In this document: one piece after another, positions 49,591 through 59,649 of the stretch | How positions within the stretch are numbered: the stretch's first letter is position 1 | How the letters are laid out: each line of letters starts with the position of its first letter | Assembly: GCA_046350755.1 (NCBI GenBank) | Contig: JAXLZV010000001.1 | Span: forward strand, 544,823 to 608,822 | Direction: 5' to 3' | DNA from: Candidatus Saccharimonadota bacterium | GTDB lineage: Bacteria; Patescibacteriota; Saccharimonadia; CAILAD01; GCA-016700035 | Length of the DNA: 64,000 nucleotides | Notes under the pieces: model-generated | Databases searched by the model: none | What the model saw: the letters and a program-made list of their open reading frames with translations, nothing else | What the model was told of the DNA's origin: nothing | Program-made: the position numbers and the translations under genes

Positions 49591-49983
49591 GTGAGTGGAA
49601 TTTCGAGTGTCGGTGAGTTGGTTGCAGTCCTCTGTCACACGGATGATTGCTGCCCTGAGATCCACTACCACAAGCATGATCCCGACGATCAGTGCTTCGA
49701 GGTCATCGATGACTTCGGCAACACCGCCCGTTTTGGCCCGGACAGCCTGCTGCTGGAGGTGCCGCGGTCGTGCGAGTCCGACTCACTGCTGTATCGCCTG
49801 AGTGGCGTCGATGGTGAGGAGGTCTACATGACTGCCGGCCAGCATCATGAGCTGTTCGATCCGGCGACCGTCAAGCGGATCGTCAAGATCGGACGGCGAC
49901 GCGGTATCGCCATGAAGCTGGCTCGTCGTCACTCCAAGCGCATGCGCCGAGTCGACGAGGTGAGCTACGCCTCTTTGAGCTGA
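49591..49983 (+). CDS. Hypothetical Cys/His-rich protein
   Basis: LCHTDDCCPEI; terminator 50000-50036. Confidence 0.6.
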   Translation: MSGISSVGELVAVLCHTDDCCPEIHYHKHDPDDQCFEVIDDFGNTARFGPDSLLLEVPRSCESDSLLYRLSGVDGEEVYMTAGQHHELFDPATVKRIVKIGRRRGIAMKLARRHSKRMRRVDEVSYASLS

Positions 49984-50061
49984 TCGCTTGATCGCGATTC
50001 GCCCTAGGAACCTTCGGGTTTCTGGGGCGCTTTTTATGTAGGGCTCTGGTAGGATACGATT

Positions 50062-50784
50062 ATGCAGACAGCAACGGAATATATCACGGCCTTGCGACGG
50101 CTAGCCGATCCAGAGCGAGCTAAGCACTCAGCGCGATTTTTTAAAACTGGCGTTGGCGAGTACGGTGAAGGCGATAAATTTTTAGGGGTAACCGTGCCGC
50201 AAAATCGTCGACTGGTGCGGCAGTGCGAGAGGATGCCAATGGTCGAAGTTGAGAAGCTCATGCAAAGCCGCTGGCATGAGGTGCGGCTGGGTGCCTGTTT
50301 GATTCTGGTTCTGCAATATGAACAAGCCGATCGTGTGCGACAGACCAAAATCTTTGATTTTTATCTCGCGCATCGTCAATACGTGAATAATTGGGACTTA
50401 GTCGATACGTCCACGCCAAATATCATTGGTATGGAACTGGTCGTTCGTCAGGACTGGTCGTTATTGGAAAAGCTAGCGCAGTCGGAAAATATTTGGGAGC
50501 GGCGGATAGCAATGCTAGCGACACTGGCATTTATCGTGAAGGCAGGTGACGCGCGGCCGACATATGCGATTGCTGAGAAGTTGCAGACTGACTCGCATGA
50601 TCTGATACAAAAGGCAGTTGGTTGGATGCTGCGCGAGGCCGGGAAACGGGTCAGTGAAGAAGCGCTCGAGGCCTGGCTGCAGCAGGATGGCCGGTATAAA
50701 ACCCTGCCACGAACGCTGTTGCGTTATGCCATAGAGCGTTTGCCGCAGACCAGACGTAAACAATATTTACGGGGCGAGCTATAA
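50062..50784 (+). CDS. AlkD-family DNA alkylation repair protein
   Basis: FFKTGVGEYGEGDKFLGV, NNWDLVD, KAVGWMLRE. Confidence 0.9.
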   Translation: MQTATEYITALRRLADPERAKHSARFFKTGVGEYGEGDKFLGVTVPQNRRLVRQCERMPMVEVEKLMQSRWHEVRLGACLILVLQYEQADRVRQTKIFDFYLAHRQYVNNWDLVDTSTPNIIGMELVVRQDWSLLEKLAQSENIWERRIAMLATLAFIVKAGDARPTYAIAEKLQTDSHDLIQKAVGWMLREAGKRVSEEALEAWLQQDGRYKTLPRTLLRYAIERLPQTRRKQYLRGEL

Positions 50785-50876
50785 ATACAAAACCCGGACG
50801 TGCGTCCGGGTGAGCTCCCTTGTCTCGAGTGTAGTCAGCGTAGCAGGTTCAGACGTTGAACCCAAGCATGAGCACA

Positions 50877-52088
50877 TTAATCGTCAAAGTAGAAGCGTTG
50901 ATCTGTTAGGTCGTCCGGTAAGAAGCCATCAGGAGCCTGAAAATCGGCCTGCCACTGATAGCTTTTGCCATAACCAAGCTCTTTCATCAGCTTGGTCGGA
51001 GCATTGCGCAGACCGAGTGGCACTTGGGCGGTTGGATTATCGCGGACGGCTTTTTTCGCTCGACCCATGGCATCGGCGACAGCTCGGCTCTTTGGAGCTT
51101 TGGCGAGCGCGATAGTGGTGTGGGCGAGCGTGTATTCGCACTCCGGTAGGCCAACGCGTTCAACGGCCTGGAAACAGGAAACAGCTAGGTTCAGCGCCGC
51201 GGGAGCTGCCATACCGATGTCTTCGGAGGCTAAGATTACCAAGCGACGAGCGATAAATTTTGGATCTTCGCCAGCGCTCAGCATGCGGAAGAGGTAGAAG
51301 AGCGCAGCATCGATGTGGCTGCCACGGATGGATTTTATGAACGCCGAGATGGTGTTGTAATGATAATCGCCGGACTTATCGTAGCTGAGCGAAACTTGCT
51401 GCATAGCCTGCTCGACGGATTCGGGAGTGAGCTTGACTGGCGATACTTGAACGGCGGATTCGAGGCCATTGAGCGCGGCTCGAGCATCACCAGCCGCAAA
51501 TTCGGCCAAGAGCTCGAGGGCTTTTGGCTGTGCTTTCAGCTGAGGATACTTTTTCGTAGCGCGCTTGAGTAATTTTACGAGCGATGGCTTGTCGATTGGT
51601 TCGAGTACGATGACTCGACTACGCGACAGCAACGGGGTGATAACTTCAAAACTCGGATTCTCGGTCGTAGCGCCGATGAGGATAATCGTACCGTTTTCGA
51701 TGACGGGGAGAAACGCATCCTGCTGAGCTTTATTAAAGCGATGAATCTCATCGACGAAAAGTATCGTCCGCATACCGAGTCGCTGCATCCCACGGGCGTC
51801 TTCAATCACTCGCATAACGTCGGCCTTACCGGCCGTAACGGCTGAGATCTCAATAAAATGATAGTCACCGGAGCCGGCGATGATGCGAGCTAAGGTCGTC
51901 TTACCACAGCCTGGTGGACCCCAGAAGATGAGCGAGGTCGCTTCGCCTTTGTCGATGAGTTGACGGACGAATTGTCCTTGACCGATGACAGACTCTTGGC
52001 CGACCATTTCCTTAAGCGAGGTTGGTCGCAGGCGATCGGCCAGCGGTCGAAACTCCGGTGTCTCGGTGGGCAGACGTTTAGCGTTCAT
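50877..52088 (-). CDS. rarA: Replication-associated recombination protein A
   Basis: PLADRLRP, GPPGCGKTT, DEIHRFNKAQQD, SEDIG. Confidence 0.95.
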   Translation of the reverse strand: MNAKRLPTETPEFRPLADRLRPTSLKEMVGQESVIGQGQFVRQLIDKGEATSLIFWGPPGCGKTTLARIIAGSGDYHFIEISAVTAGKADVMRVIEDARGMQRLGMRTILFVDEIHRFNKAQQDAFLPVIENGTIILIGATTENPSFEVITPLLSRSRVIVLEPIDKPSLVKLLKRATKKYPQLKAQPKALELLAEFAAGDARAALNGLESAVQVSPVKLTPESVEQAMQQVSLSYDKSGDYHYNTISAFIKSIRGSHIDAALFYLFRMLSAGEDPKFIARRLVILASEDIGMAAPAALNLAVSCFQAVERVGLPECEYTLAHTTIALAKAPKSRAVADAMGRAKKAVRDNPTAQVPLGLRNAPTKLMKELGYGKSYQWQADFQAPDGFLPDDLTDQRFYFDD

Positions 52089-52165
52089 ATATGCATTATA
52101 GCAAATATGTACGAACGGCTTACGAACATAGAAATGATGTTGCAAGATTTGCTATCATTACAACT

Positions 52166-52330
52166 ATGAAGCCAAGTTTGCGGGCACAAAAAGGTGGGGT
52201 AATTCTAATGTCACTGATCGCCATCGCCATCGTCCTGACCGTTGTCGGCTTGGTCTGGTACGCCTACAACGGTGGGGTGCGGACGAGTGTTAAGCCCAGC
52301 CCAACTCTGAAGCTCAACATCAGCAATTAA
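52166..52330 (+). CDS. Small pilin-like single-TM protein
   Basis: Basic leader ...AQKG followed by hydrophobic helix. Confidence 0.4.
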   Translation: MKPSLRAQKGGVILMSLIAIAIVLTVVGLVWYAYNGGVRTSVKPSPTLKLNISN

Positions 52331-53811
52331 CGTTGGCTCGATGAGCTTGAGCTGCTGGATGTAGGCAAGTAATTGCCGTAGTCCGAACCGATAATGATTA
52401 CAAAATCTTGCGACGGGTTTTTCACCTCTTTTTCTGGAGCTGTGGCGGTAACTTTCAAGAGTCCTTCGAGGTAGGCTTTGGTGGCGTTTTTCTTCCCGCC
52501 AGTATAGTCGATGATTTGCGTCGTGCTGTAATCGCGCTTAATGGCGTTCGTTACTGTCACGATGGTGACAGGAGTTTTTGAGCTGGTAATCTTGTTCTCG
52601 AGTTTGCCGCCCAGGCCCGGAACGCTGGTGCCGTTTTCGATCACAATCTTTGCGTTTTCCTCCCAGATGGAACCAACTGTAAAGATGTTTTTCACAAAAC
52701 TTTGAATTGAGCTGAGGGTAGCATCAACTGGCACGAGATCTGACGAGCCATCTGGCGAAGCCTTCAGGAAGCCATTTGGCTCAAGCGAAAAGACCGCGTT
52801 AATAAACTGGTCATTAGGAGTGTCTTTTGTGAGGTCATTGAGACGCATCATTTCACCAACTGACATGTCGGTTTTGACATTATTACCGGCAGTTTGAATG
52901 AGGCCGGTTATTTTCGCTGGATTGAGAATCGTGTTCAGACTTAGGGCTTTGGCACGGATTGCCGTGATCACTTCTTGTTGGCGAGAGGCTCGTCCGAAGT
53001 CGTCACCACAGGTGCCTTTGCGGCAGCGGGCGTACTTGAGCGCCGTCGCACCATCAACCTGTTGTTTGCCTGGCAGCATCTTGAAGCCGCAACTACGCCA
53101 TTGATTTTTATCACAGGGGTATTCGGGGTCTGACAGCAGCTGTTTATTGTCGACCTCGATGCCGCCAACCGCGTCAACGGCTTCTTTCAAACCGGTAAAA
53201 TTGGCCCTAACGTAATAGTGAATCGGAATATCAAGAAAATCTTCGGCTGTGCGTTGGGCCAACGGGATGTCACCGTAGGCGTGGGCATTATTAATTTTGT
53301 GATAACCATAGCCAGGAATCTTCACACGAGTATCGCGCGGGATAGAAATCAAGGCGACTTTTTTATCTCTGGTGTCAACGCTCATCACGATATTGGTGTC
53401 GGCAAGACCCTCGCCGTCGTGACCAGGGTCACCGACCCCAAGCAAGAGTATGTTGACGCGACCCTCGTCTTCACCTTTGAGTTTTTGGTCGAGCTTAAAG
53501 AAGTTTGGAGCTACTTTGACGACGTTGCGTAAGGTAAAGATAGCGAAGGCTATCCCCGCGACCACGCCGGCGACCAATAGGCCAATCAGTAATTTTTTCC
53601 ACCATGGCTTGCGTTTCTTGTCCCGTGGCGCAAGCTTCTTGAGGTCGTGACGCTTGTCCTTGATCGGGTCGTACACGAAATCAGGTTGAATCGATTTTTT
53701 CACCGGTTCACCTGGTTTCTCGATTGGCGCTGGATCGGTTGGGAGTTGAGTTTCGGCAGTATGATCATGCGGTTTGGGGTGGACGCGCTTCGACGCCTCG
53801 GGATCGTGCAT
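52327..53811 (-). CDS. LCP (LytR-CpsA-Psr) family protein with LytR_C domain
   Basis: NILLLGVGD, ADT, SIPRD, KINNA, DFGRASRQQ, IENGT. Confidence 0.92.
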   Translation of the reverse strand: MHDPEASKRVHPKPHDHTAETQLPTDPAPIEKPGEPVKKSIQPDFVYDPIKDKRHDLKKLAPRDKKRKPWWKKLLIGLLVAGVVAGIAFAIFTLRNVVKVAPNFFKLDQKLKGEDEGRVNILLLGVGDPGHDGEGLADTNIVMSVDTRDKKVALISIPRDTRVKIPGYGYHKINNAHAYGDIPLAQRTAEDFLDIPIHYYVRANFTGLKEAVDAVGGIEVDNKQLLSDPEYPCDKNQWRSCGFKMLPGKQQVDGATALKYARCRKGTCGDDFGRASRQQEVITAIRAKALSLNTILNPAKITGLIQTAGNNVKTDMSVGEMMRLNDLTKDTPNDQFINAVFSLEPNGFLKASPDGSSDLVPVDATLSSIQSFVKNIFTVGSIWEENAKIVIENGTSVPGLGGKLENKITSSKTPVTIVTVTNAIKRDYSTTQIIDYTGGKKNATKAYLEGLLKVTATAPEKEVKNPSQDFVIIIGSDYGNYLPTSSSSSSSSQR

Positions 53812-53871
53812 ATAAGTAGTATTATACCGTGCAGGGTGTCAGATAAGCACGGGCTTTTTGGTAATATTTGC

Positions 53872-54459
53872 TTAATTCAGAATGTCGAGGGCAGAAGACA
53901 CTTCCTGAACGCAGGCACCGAGCTTATCGTTGACGGCAATTATAAGGTGGCCGGCTGAAGCTTGGCTGAGGGCCCAGGCCCGTTCTTGGGCGGCTTGACT
54001 AAGGCGTGTATCAAGCTCTTCCGGGCTAATGTGGGGTTCGCGCTCGAGTAGGCGCCGTTTTTGCTCAGCAGCGTTTGGGAAATCAAGAAATACGGCGTGC
54101 ACGTCGTATTCGCAATCTGCGAAGTGTTCGATGCCGGCCGGGTCGACCTCGAGAATCGGAATTTTCTTATACCGACAGATGCGAGCTAGCTCTGAATGGA
54201 GTGTCCCATACCGATGCCCATAGATCTGGGTGTGTTCGATAAGCTGGTTGGTTGCTAACAGCCAGTCATAACGTTCGTCGTCGACAAAATAGTAATCCAC
54301 GCCGAATCGTTCAGACTGGCGGGCGGGCCAACGGGTAGACACTGACACGGCTGGCTCGAGCTGGGGGTAGGTGGCAACGAGTTTTTCGAGAATAGTGTTT
54401 TTGCCGACACCTGAGCTGCCAGAAATAAGGATAATAGGTTGTTTACCAGGTTTGCGCAT
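53872..54459 (-). CDS. gmk: Guanylate kinase
   Basis: ISGSSGVGKNTI, GVDYYFV, YGT. Confidence 0.88.
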   Translation of the reverse strand: MRKPGKQPIILISGSSGVGKNTILEKLVATYPQLEPAVSVSTRWPARQSERFGVDYYFVDDERYDWLLATNQLIEHTQIYGHRYGTLHSELARICRYKKIPILEVDPAGIEHFADCEYDVHAVFLDFPNAAEQKRRLLEREPHISPEELDTRLSQAAQERAWALSQASAGHLIIAVNDKLGACVQEVSSALDILN

Positions 54460-54775
54460 GATTTGAGCATAGCATAAATCGCAAACGCTTATGCTATTGA
54501 CATAAGCGTAAATAATAGTTATAGTAACGTCATTATGAATATATGTATCAACATCATGTTTGATCTTCCGAAACAGTCGGCCGACTATCGCTCGGCGGTC
54601 GGTTTTGACGCACGTATTTTTTCTGGAGGCCGTAACGGCTAAGTAATCAGTTGTTTTCAAGCAATCGGCCTCCGAGATAGGAGGCCTTTTGTTTTGACAA
54701 AGTAAGTATATCTCGGGAATCGATTGCTCGATGAGAATGTCCCATCGAGAGTACCTTTGACCCTTAGGAGGGGAC

Positions 54776-55423
54776 ATGGGATTTGGTTGTCACATGAAAA
54801 TTGAGGATGAGCAAGCGGGTGAGGTTTTGCTGAAGCCGTTTGCAAGTGATGATCTGACACAGATGATGCCGGGCATGCAGCAGCACTCGACTCTCAGGTG
54901 GCTGTCGCTGCGTGACGCTCAGACATCCGAAGGCGAACAGGCTTGGTATGAGCGCGTCAGTGCTTCTGTGACAGACGTGATCTTTGGTGTGTTTGTCGAA
55001 GATCGGCTGATCGGCAGCTTCGGACTGCATGGCTTGGCTGACTCTCGGGCAACAGCCGGCGCAGTAATTTTTGCGTCGGATCGCCGGAGCGCCGGTATCG
55101 GCACCAGCGTGACCCGTGCCGGACTCTACTATGCCGTACAGGTGCTCGACATTCTCGTCATCGATTCATCTGTCATGGCGCTCAACGAGCGCTCGCATCG
55201 GCTGCAAGAGTCGGCTGGTTTTGTGACGACCGGGCGGATTGTGCACTCACAGTTCGTCGATGGTCAGCCGTGTGATCTGCTGAATCTGGTCTGGGTGAAT
55301 CCGGACAGCCACGCCTGGGACTACTTCTGGCGCGGAGCCGATCCGGGAGCCGAATTCCACGAAGCTCGCAGCCGCGCGCAGCGGGCTCTCGACTGGGCTG
55401 AAGAGCACATCACGCTCCTCTAG
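54776..55423 (+). CDS. RimJ/RimL-type GNAT N-acetyltransferase
   Basis: GIGT motif A, NERSHRLQESAGF; SD AGGAGG. Confidence 0.75.
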   Translation: MGFGCHMKIEDEQAGEVLLKPFASDDLTQMMPGMQQHSTLRWLSLRDAQTSEGEQAWYERVSASVTDVIFGVFVEDRLIGSFGLHGLADSRATAGAVIFASDRRSAGIGTSVTRAGLYYAVQVLDILVIDSSVMALNERSHRLQESAGFVTTGRIVHSQFVDGQPCDLLNLVWVNPDSHAWDYFWRGADPGAEFHEARSRAQRALDWAEEHITLL

Positions 55424-55472
55424 CTCTACCGCCCCCACCGACAGGTGGGGGCAATTCTTTTATACTGTAAGT

Positions 55473-56285
55473 ATGGATACCCGGCGCATGAATGAATTCC
55501 GTGAACTTATTTGGGGGCATTATCGTCATCATGGCCGTGACATGCCCTGGCGTGATAACCCTTCTCCCTACAGGGTCGTGGTAAGTGAAGTGATGCTCCA
55601 GCAAACGCAAGTAGAGCGGGTGACGCCGAAGTTTCTCAGCTGGGTCGAGCGTTGGCCGGATTTCACAGCCTTAGCTGACGCCAGTACAGCTACAGTAATT
55701 GGTGAGTGGAAAGGCCTAGGTTATAATCGACGCGCATTGAGGCTGCAAGAGCTGGCGCGGCTCGTCGTGCGCGACCACTCTGGTAAGCTGCCGACCGATC
55801 GCGCAACGCTTGAAGCCTTACCAGGCGTCGGTCCAAATACCGCTGGGGCCATCATGGCGTACGCATTTAATCAGCCGGTGGTATTTATTGAGACAAATAT
55901 TCGTCGAGTTTTTTTGCATCATTTTTTTTCCGACGCCGAGGATGTCCATGATCGTGAATTACTACCACTGATTGAGGCCGCGCTTGATCACGAGCATCCG
56001 CGCGAGTGGTATTGGGCGCTGATGGATTATGGAAGTTGGCTGAAGTCTCAAGTGGCAAATCCGAATCGTCGGAGTCGTCACCACACTCGCCAGGCACCAT
56101 TTGCGGGTTCCCACCGTCAATTGCGCGGGAAAATCCTCGAGCTCTGTCTACAAAAGCCCTATCGAGTCAAGGAGTTAGGTCAGTTGACCGGCCGTGAGGA
56201 GAGCGCGGTCGAACGTGCCGTGTGCGAACTTGTGGCTGAAGGCTTTTTGATGCAAACGCAGGACCGGGTTACAATGAAGATATGA
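55473..56285 (+). CDS. mutY: A/G-specific adenine glycosylase (short MutY-like, no obvious Fe-S motif)
   Basis: VSEVMLQQTQV, WKGLGYNRRA, LPGVGPNTA HhH. Confidence 0.85.
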   Translation: MDTRRMNEFRELIWGHYRHHGRDMPWRDNPSPYRVVVSEVMLQQTQVERVTPKFLSWVERWPDFTALADASTATVIGEWKGLGYNRRALRLQELARLVVRDHSGKLPTDRATLEALPGVGPNTAGAIMAYAFNQPVVFIETNIRRVFLHHFFSDAEDVHDRELLPLIEAALDHEHPREWYWALMDYGSWLKSQVANPNRRSRHHTRQAPFAGSHRQLRGKILELCLQKPYRVKELGQLTGREESAVERAVCELVAEGFLMQTQDRVTMKI

Positions 56286-56566
56286 AGCGCAATAAAGGGA
56301 TGTGGTTTAAGGCTCGTCAAAACGGCTATGGTTGGCTACCAGTCACGTGGCAGGCTTACGCGATTGTAATGGTCTGGGTGGCGATTTTTGCAGGCTTTGT
56401 GGCCTGGGCGAATATGGCTTTCTCGAATGTCTGGTTAGCTATGGGGGTATCAATCCTGTTTGGCGGGTTTTGGCTGGGTGTCCTCTACGGAGTCGCAACG
56501 ATGAAGGGTGAAAAGTCCCGAACGAGTACCAATAGTTCGGCTGAGTCTCGCGAGCGGCAGTCATGA
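56282..56566 (+). CDS. Small membrane protein
   Basis: WFKARQNGYGWLPVTWQ plus 2 TM. Confidence 0.65.
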   Translation: MKRNKGMWFKARQNGYGWLPVTWQAYAIVMVWVAIFAGFVAWANMAFSNVWLAMGVSILFGGFWLGVLYGVATMKGEKSRTSTNSSAESRERQS

Positions 56567-56997
56567 GACTAGCCCTGTTTGTCCATTTGGTGGGAGTTGT
56601 ACTTGGCTTTGGCACGGTGATGTTTGTCGATATTGTTGGGGCCTTGTGGGTGCTCCGTCGGGCGACTGCCAAACATTTGTTGTGGGCTACCGGCATAGGT
56701 CAAAAGATTATTTGGAGCTCGGTTGGACTACTGATTGCGAGTGGGATTTTTTTGATGCCGGCTGAGCCGTCTTTGCGCACAAAATTCAAGCTGCTAGCAG
56801 TTCTCATACTGATCATCAATGGCTTTTTTCTCGACCGGATTCGCAAGCAGCTTGGTGAGTTTCAAGAATCTGATTTTTGGAAGTTGCCGCGCGGCTTTCA
56901 GATTAAGAGCGTGGTCGCGATAACGTTATCCCAGCTGATGTGGTGGACAGCTGTTATCATCGGCTTTTTGAATAGTTCTAGTCACGTTGTTCGCTAG
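56563..56997 (+). CDS. 4-TM membrane protein
   Basis: Hydrophobic ORF coupled by ATGA overlap. Confidence 0.6.
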   Translation: MRLALFVHLVGVVLGFGTVMFVDIVGALWVLRRATAKHLLWATGIGQKIIWSSVGLLIASGIFLMPAEPSLRTKFKLLAVLILIINGFFLDRIRKQLGEFQESDFWKLPRGFQIKSVVAITLSQLMWWTAVIIGFLNSSSHVVR

Positions 56998-58306
56998 GGC
57001 TTTTTAAAATCTTGTTAAGTTCTTCACGTACGACTTTACGGTCGTCCCACTGAGATTTTCTACCGTCAATCACAATTGATTGTTCGGAGCCTTTGCCGGT
57101 AATGAAGACGACATCGCCCGGTTGAGCGAGCTTAAGTGCTTGGCGAATACCGGCGCGTCGGTCGGTGACGCGGAAATACGTCGCATCAAGTTTACCGCCG
57201 GCCTTTTCAACACCAACAGCGATGTCGTCGATGATCTTTTCGGGGTCATCCCGGTAGGGATCGACATTCGTCAACACTACATAGTCGCTGCCGCGCATAG
57301 CGATTTCACCCATGATCGGTCGCTTAACTTCATCACGTCCACCACCTTCGGCGCCGAGTAAAGTGATGATATTTTTACTACGTTTAGCCATAAGTTGGGC
57401 GCCATCCATGAGCGCTTGCATGCCCGTTTCTTCATGTGCATAGTCGACAATGACGGTAAATGGTTGACCGAGGTCGATACGCTCCATACGTCCAGGGATG
57501 CTGCCGAGCTTATCAAAGCCTTGAGCGATTGAGTGAGCCGAATGGCCAAGTTCGAGCGCGGCAGCGATAGCCCCGGTAGCGTTTGAGACATTGACTGTAC
57601 CAGGAATACCAATGTGGTAGGCCTGCTTATTGATGACGAAACTGGTACCGAGGGCATCTGCTTGCAGTCGAGTCGCTCGATAATCGCTTTTCTGAGCCAG
57701 TGAGTAGCTACGTTTGATGTCAGCTAGGTGGGCAAAGTACTGGCTAAAGTGCTCGGCATCGGCGTTGGCGATGAGGATTTTTGGCTGAATCCGGCCTTTG
57801 ACAACTTTCTGCTTCTTTTTTTCGAGTTGTTGAAATACGCGTTGGTTGTGAGTGTGGAGGATTTCAAGTGAGTAATTATGGCTCGCCATGAGCTCACGAG
57901 TAACATTTGTAAAGATTAGCATGTCAAAGTGAATGCCGACATGGCGCCATTGGGCCTGGCCTTCTGAAGGAACCTCCATGATAGCGTATTTACAGTCGGC
58001 TGCCTCCATTCGCTTGAGAATTTTTTGGAGGTGGTGCCGCCCTGGCATGGTCATATGGTAAGGGTTGAGCGTTTCTTGCTCGCCAATTCGGATATTTGCG
58101 GTTCCTACTAAACCAACTTTACTGTCGTCGCCCGATAAGGCTGCCCAGAGGAGGTTGGCTAACGTGGTTTTACCTTTGCTTCCGACCACACCAATGACAA
58201 TCATGTGTCGGCTTGGGTTGCGATAAGCAAAGCTGGCAGCTAGGGCTTCGATATAGTGAAGATTATTTATAAATTGTTGAGGGATAAGTTTTTTAATCGA
58301 TGGCAT
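56978..58306 (-). CDS. murE: UDP-N-acetylmuramyl-tripeptide synthetase (MurE-like)
   Basis: GSKGKTT, PGRME, VDYAH, GKGSE. Confidence 0.85.
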   Translation of the reverse strand: MPSIKKLIPQQFINNLHYIEALAASFAYRNPSRHMIVIGVVGSKGKTTLANLLWAALSGDDSKVGLVGTANIRIGEQETLNPYHMTMPGRHHLQKILKRMEAADCKYAIMEVPSEGQAQWRHVGIHFDMLIFTNVTRELMASHNYSLEILHTHNQRVFQQLEKKKQKVVKGRIQPKILIANADAEHFSQYFAHLADIKRSYSLAQKSDYRATRLQADALGTSFVINKQAYHIGIPGTVNVSNATGAIAAALELGHSAHSIAQGFDKLGSIPGRMERIDLGQPFTVIVDYAHEETGMQALMDGAQLMAKRSKNIITLLGAEGGGRDEVKRPIMGEIAMRGSDYVVLTNVDPYRDDPEKIIDDIAVGVEKAGGKLDATYFRVTDRRAGIRQALKLAQPGDVVFITGKGSEQSIVIDGRKSQWDDRKVVREELNKILKSPSEQRD

Positions 58307-58322
58307 ATAGCTATTGTACTAG

Positions 58323-58707
58323 AAAAAACGAATTCGCCCCCGAGCCGAAGCTCGGGGGCGGTATGTCAGCCACGGATGCTGGGTGGGATGCCGCGGCTGA
58401 TGAAGGCTTTACCGATTGGGGTGTGGGTAAAGCATCGAAGTTCTCAGGGCTGTGGATCTATGGCGCAAAATCAGATCATGACCGATGTGAGGATGGAGCT
58501 AGGGAAGGGTCGTGGTCTGGTTAGCGTGCGGGCGAACACGCTCTTCGCGCAGAGCCTAGGCTTGTCGGGTCTAGGCAGCCCTGAGACAGGTGCGGCCAAC
58601 GGGTCTGGTTCCGTAGGCGTGATCACCTCTGACACTGTTTATATGAGGTACATAGCCGCTGGGGCTGTCATTGGGCTCAGTCTAGTCTTGTTGATCTTAG
58701 CCGTCAA
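58323..58707 (-). ncRNA. Candidate sRNA transcription unit (promoter to terminator, no convincing ORF)
   Basis: TTGACG-N17-TAGACT at 58707-58679; hairpins with C-rich loops; terminator 58336-58359 plus T tract. Confidence 0.45.
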
Positions 58708-58749
58708 GACTAGCGACGCTGACTGATACGCCATGTACAATAGAAGCTA

Positions 58750-59643
58750 ATGTCTGACGTTAGAATCATCCAGGCCGGTACGAGTGAGGGGAGCTTTAGT
58801 GATGGAGCTGAACAGGGTCCAGCAGCGATGCTGGCAGCTGGTTTAGAGCGACTACTACAGCAGTCTGGCCTGAAGACCGAGCTAGTGGATATTCCGACAG
58901 TCGAGCCACACACCCAGTCGGCACATGATGGTGTGCGCCAGGCTCGCTCGCTGGTGCCGTGGCTGCAGGCCGTTTTGGCTGCGACACTCCGCGGTAGCTC
59001 GGGACGCGCCCTCACTTTGGGCGGCGATCACTCGGTTGCGATCCCGAGCTTGATGGCAACTAAGCGGCGTTATCGCGAGGCAGTTTGTGTCTATATTGAT
59101 GCTCATCCTGATAGTAACGATATCGCCTCCTCGCCGACAGGCAATCTGCACGGTATGCCTTTGCGAGTTGTGACAGGTGAGGTCTTGGCGGATCAGTTTC
59201 AGGGTCCGTATTTTCGGCCAGATGAATTGTGTTTCATTGGTATTAAGGATATCGACGATGCTGAGGCCGAGTGGATTGCGCGTCATGGCGTGCGCGCCTA
59301 TACCATGGACACGGTGATTGAACGGGGGATCGCTTCGATATTGCAAGATGTACAAGCTTGGATAGCTCATCGTCCATTGCACGTTAGTTTTGATATTGAT
59401 GTGATTGATAGTCAGTACGCACCTGGTACCGGCATTCGTAACGCCGGTGGGCTGACTTATCGCGAGGCTGATTATTTAGCTCGCCGGCTTGGAGCGCTGC
59501 GACCAGTCGCCGTTGATGTCGTTGAGCTGAATCCGGCTCGTGATCTCAGTGGCCAGACGACACGTTTGGCAGTCGAGCTGGCGGTGGCTTTGCTGGGTGG
59601 GAAATGGAGCGAGTATGATCGTTACCTGGAGAGCGAACATTAG
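58750..59643 (+). CDS. Arginase-family ureohydrolase
   Basis: GGDHSVA, DAHPD, SPTGNLHGMP, SFDIDVID. Confidence 0.9.
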   Translation: MSDVRIIQAGTSEGSFSDGAEQGPAAMLAAGLERLLQQSGLKTELVDIPTVEPHTQSAHDGVRQARSLVPWLQAVLAATLRGSSGRALTLGGDHSVAIPSLMATKRRYREAVCVYIDAHPDSNDIASSPTGNLHGMPLRVVTGEVLADQFQGPYFRPDELCFIGIKDIDDAEAEWIARHGVRAYTMDTVIERGIASILQDVQAWIAHRPLHVSFDIDVIDSQYAPGTGIRNAGGLTYREADYLARRLGALRPVAVDVVELNPARDLSGQTTRLAVELAVALLGGKWSEYDRYLESEH

Positions 59644-59649
59644 GCGGCG

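Noticed and set aside
58256-58726. 156-aa plus-strand ORF between murE and arginase
   Set aside because: Overlaps the murE start and crosses a terminator hairpin; promoter and terminator polarity indicate minus-strand transcription.
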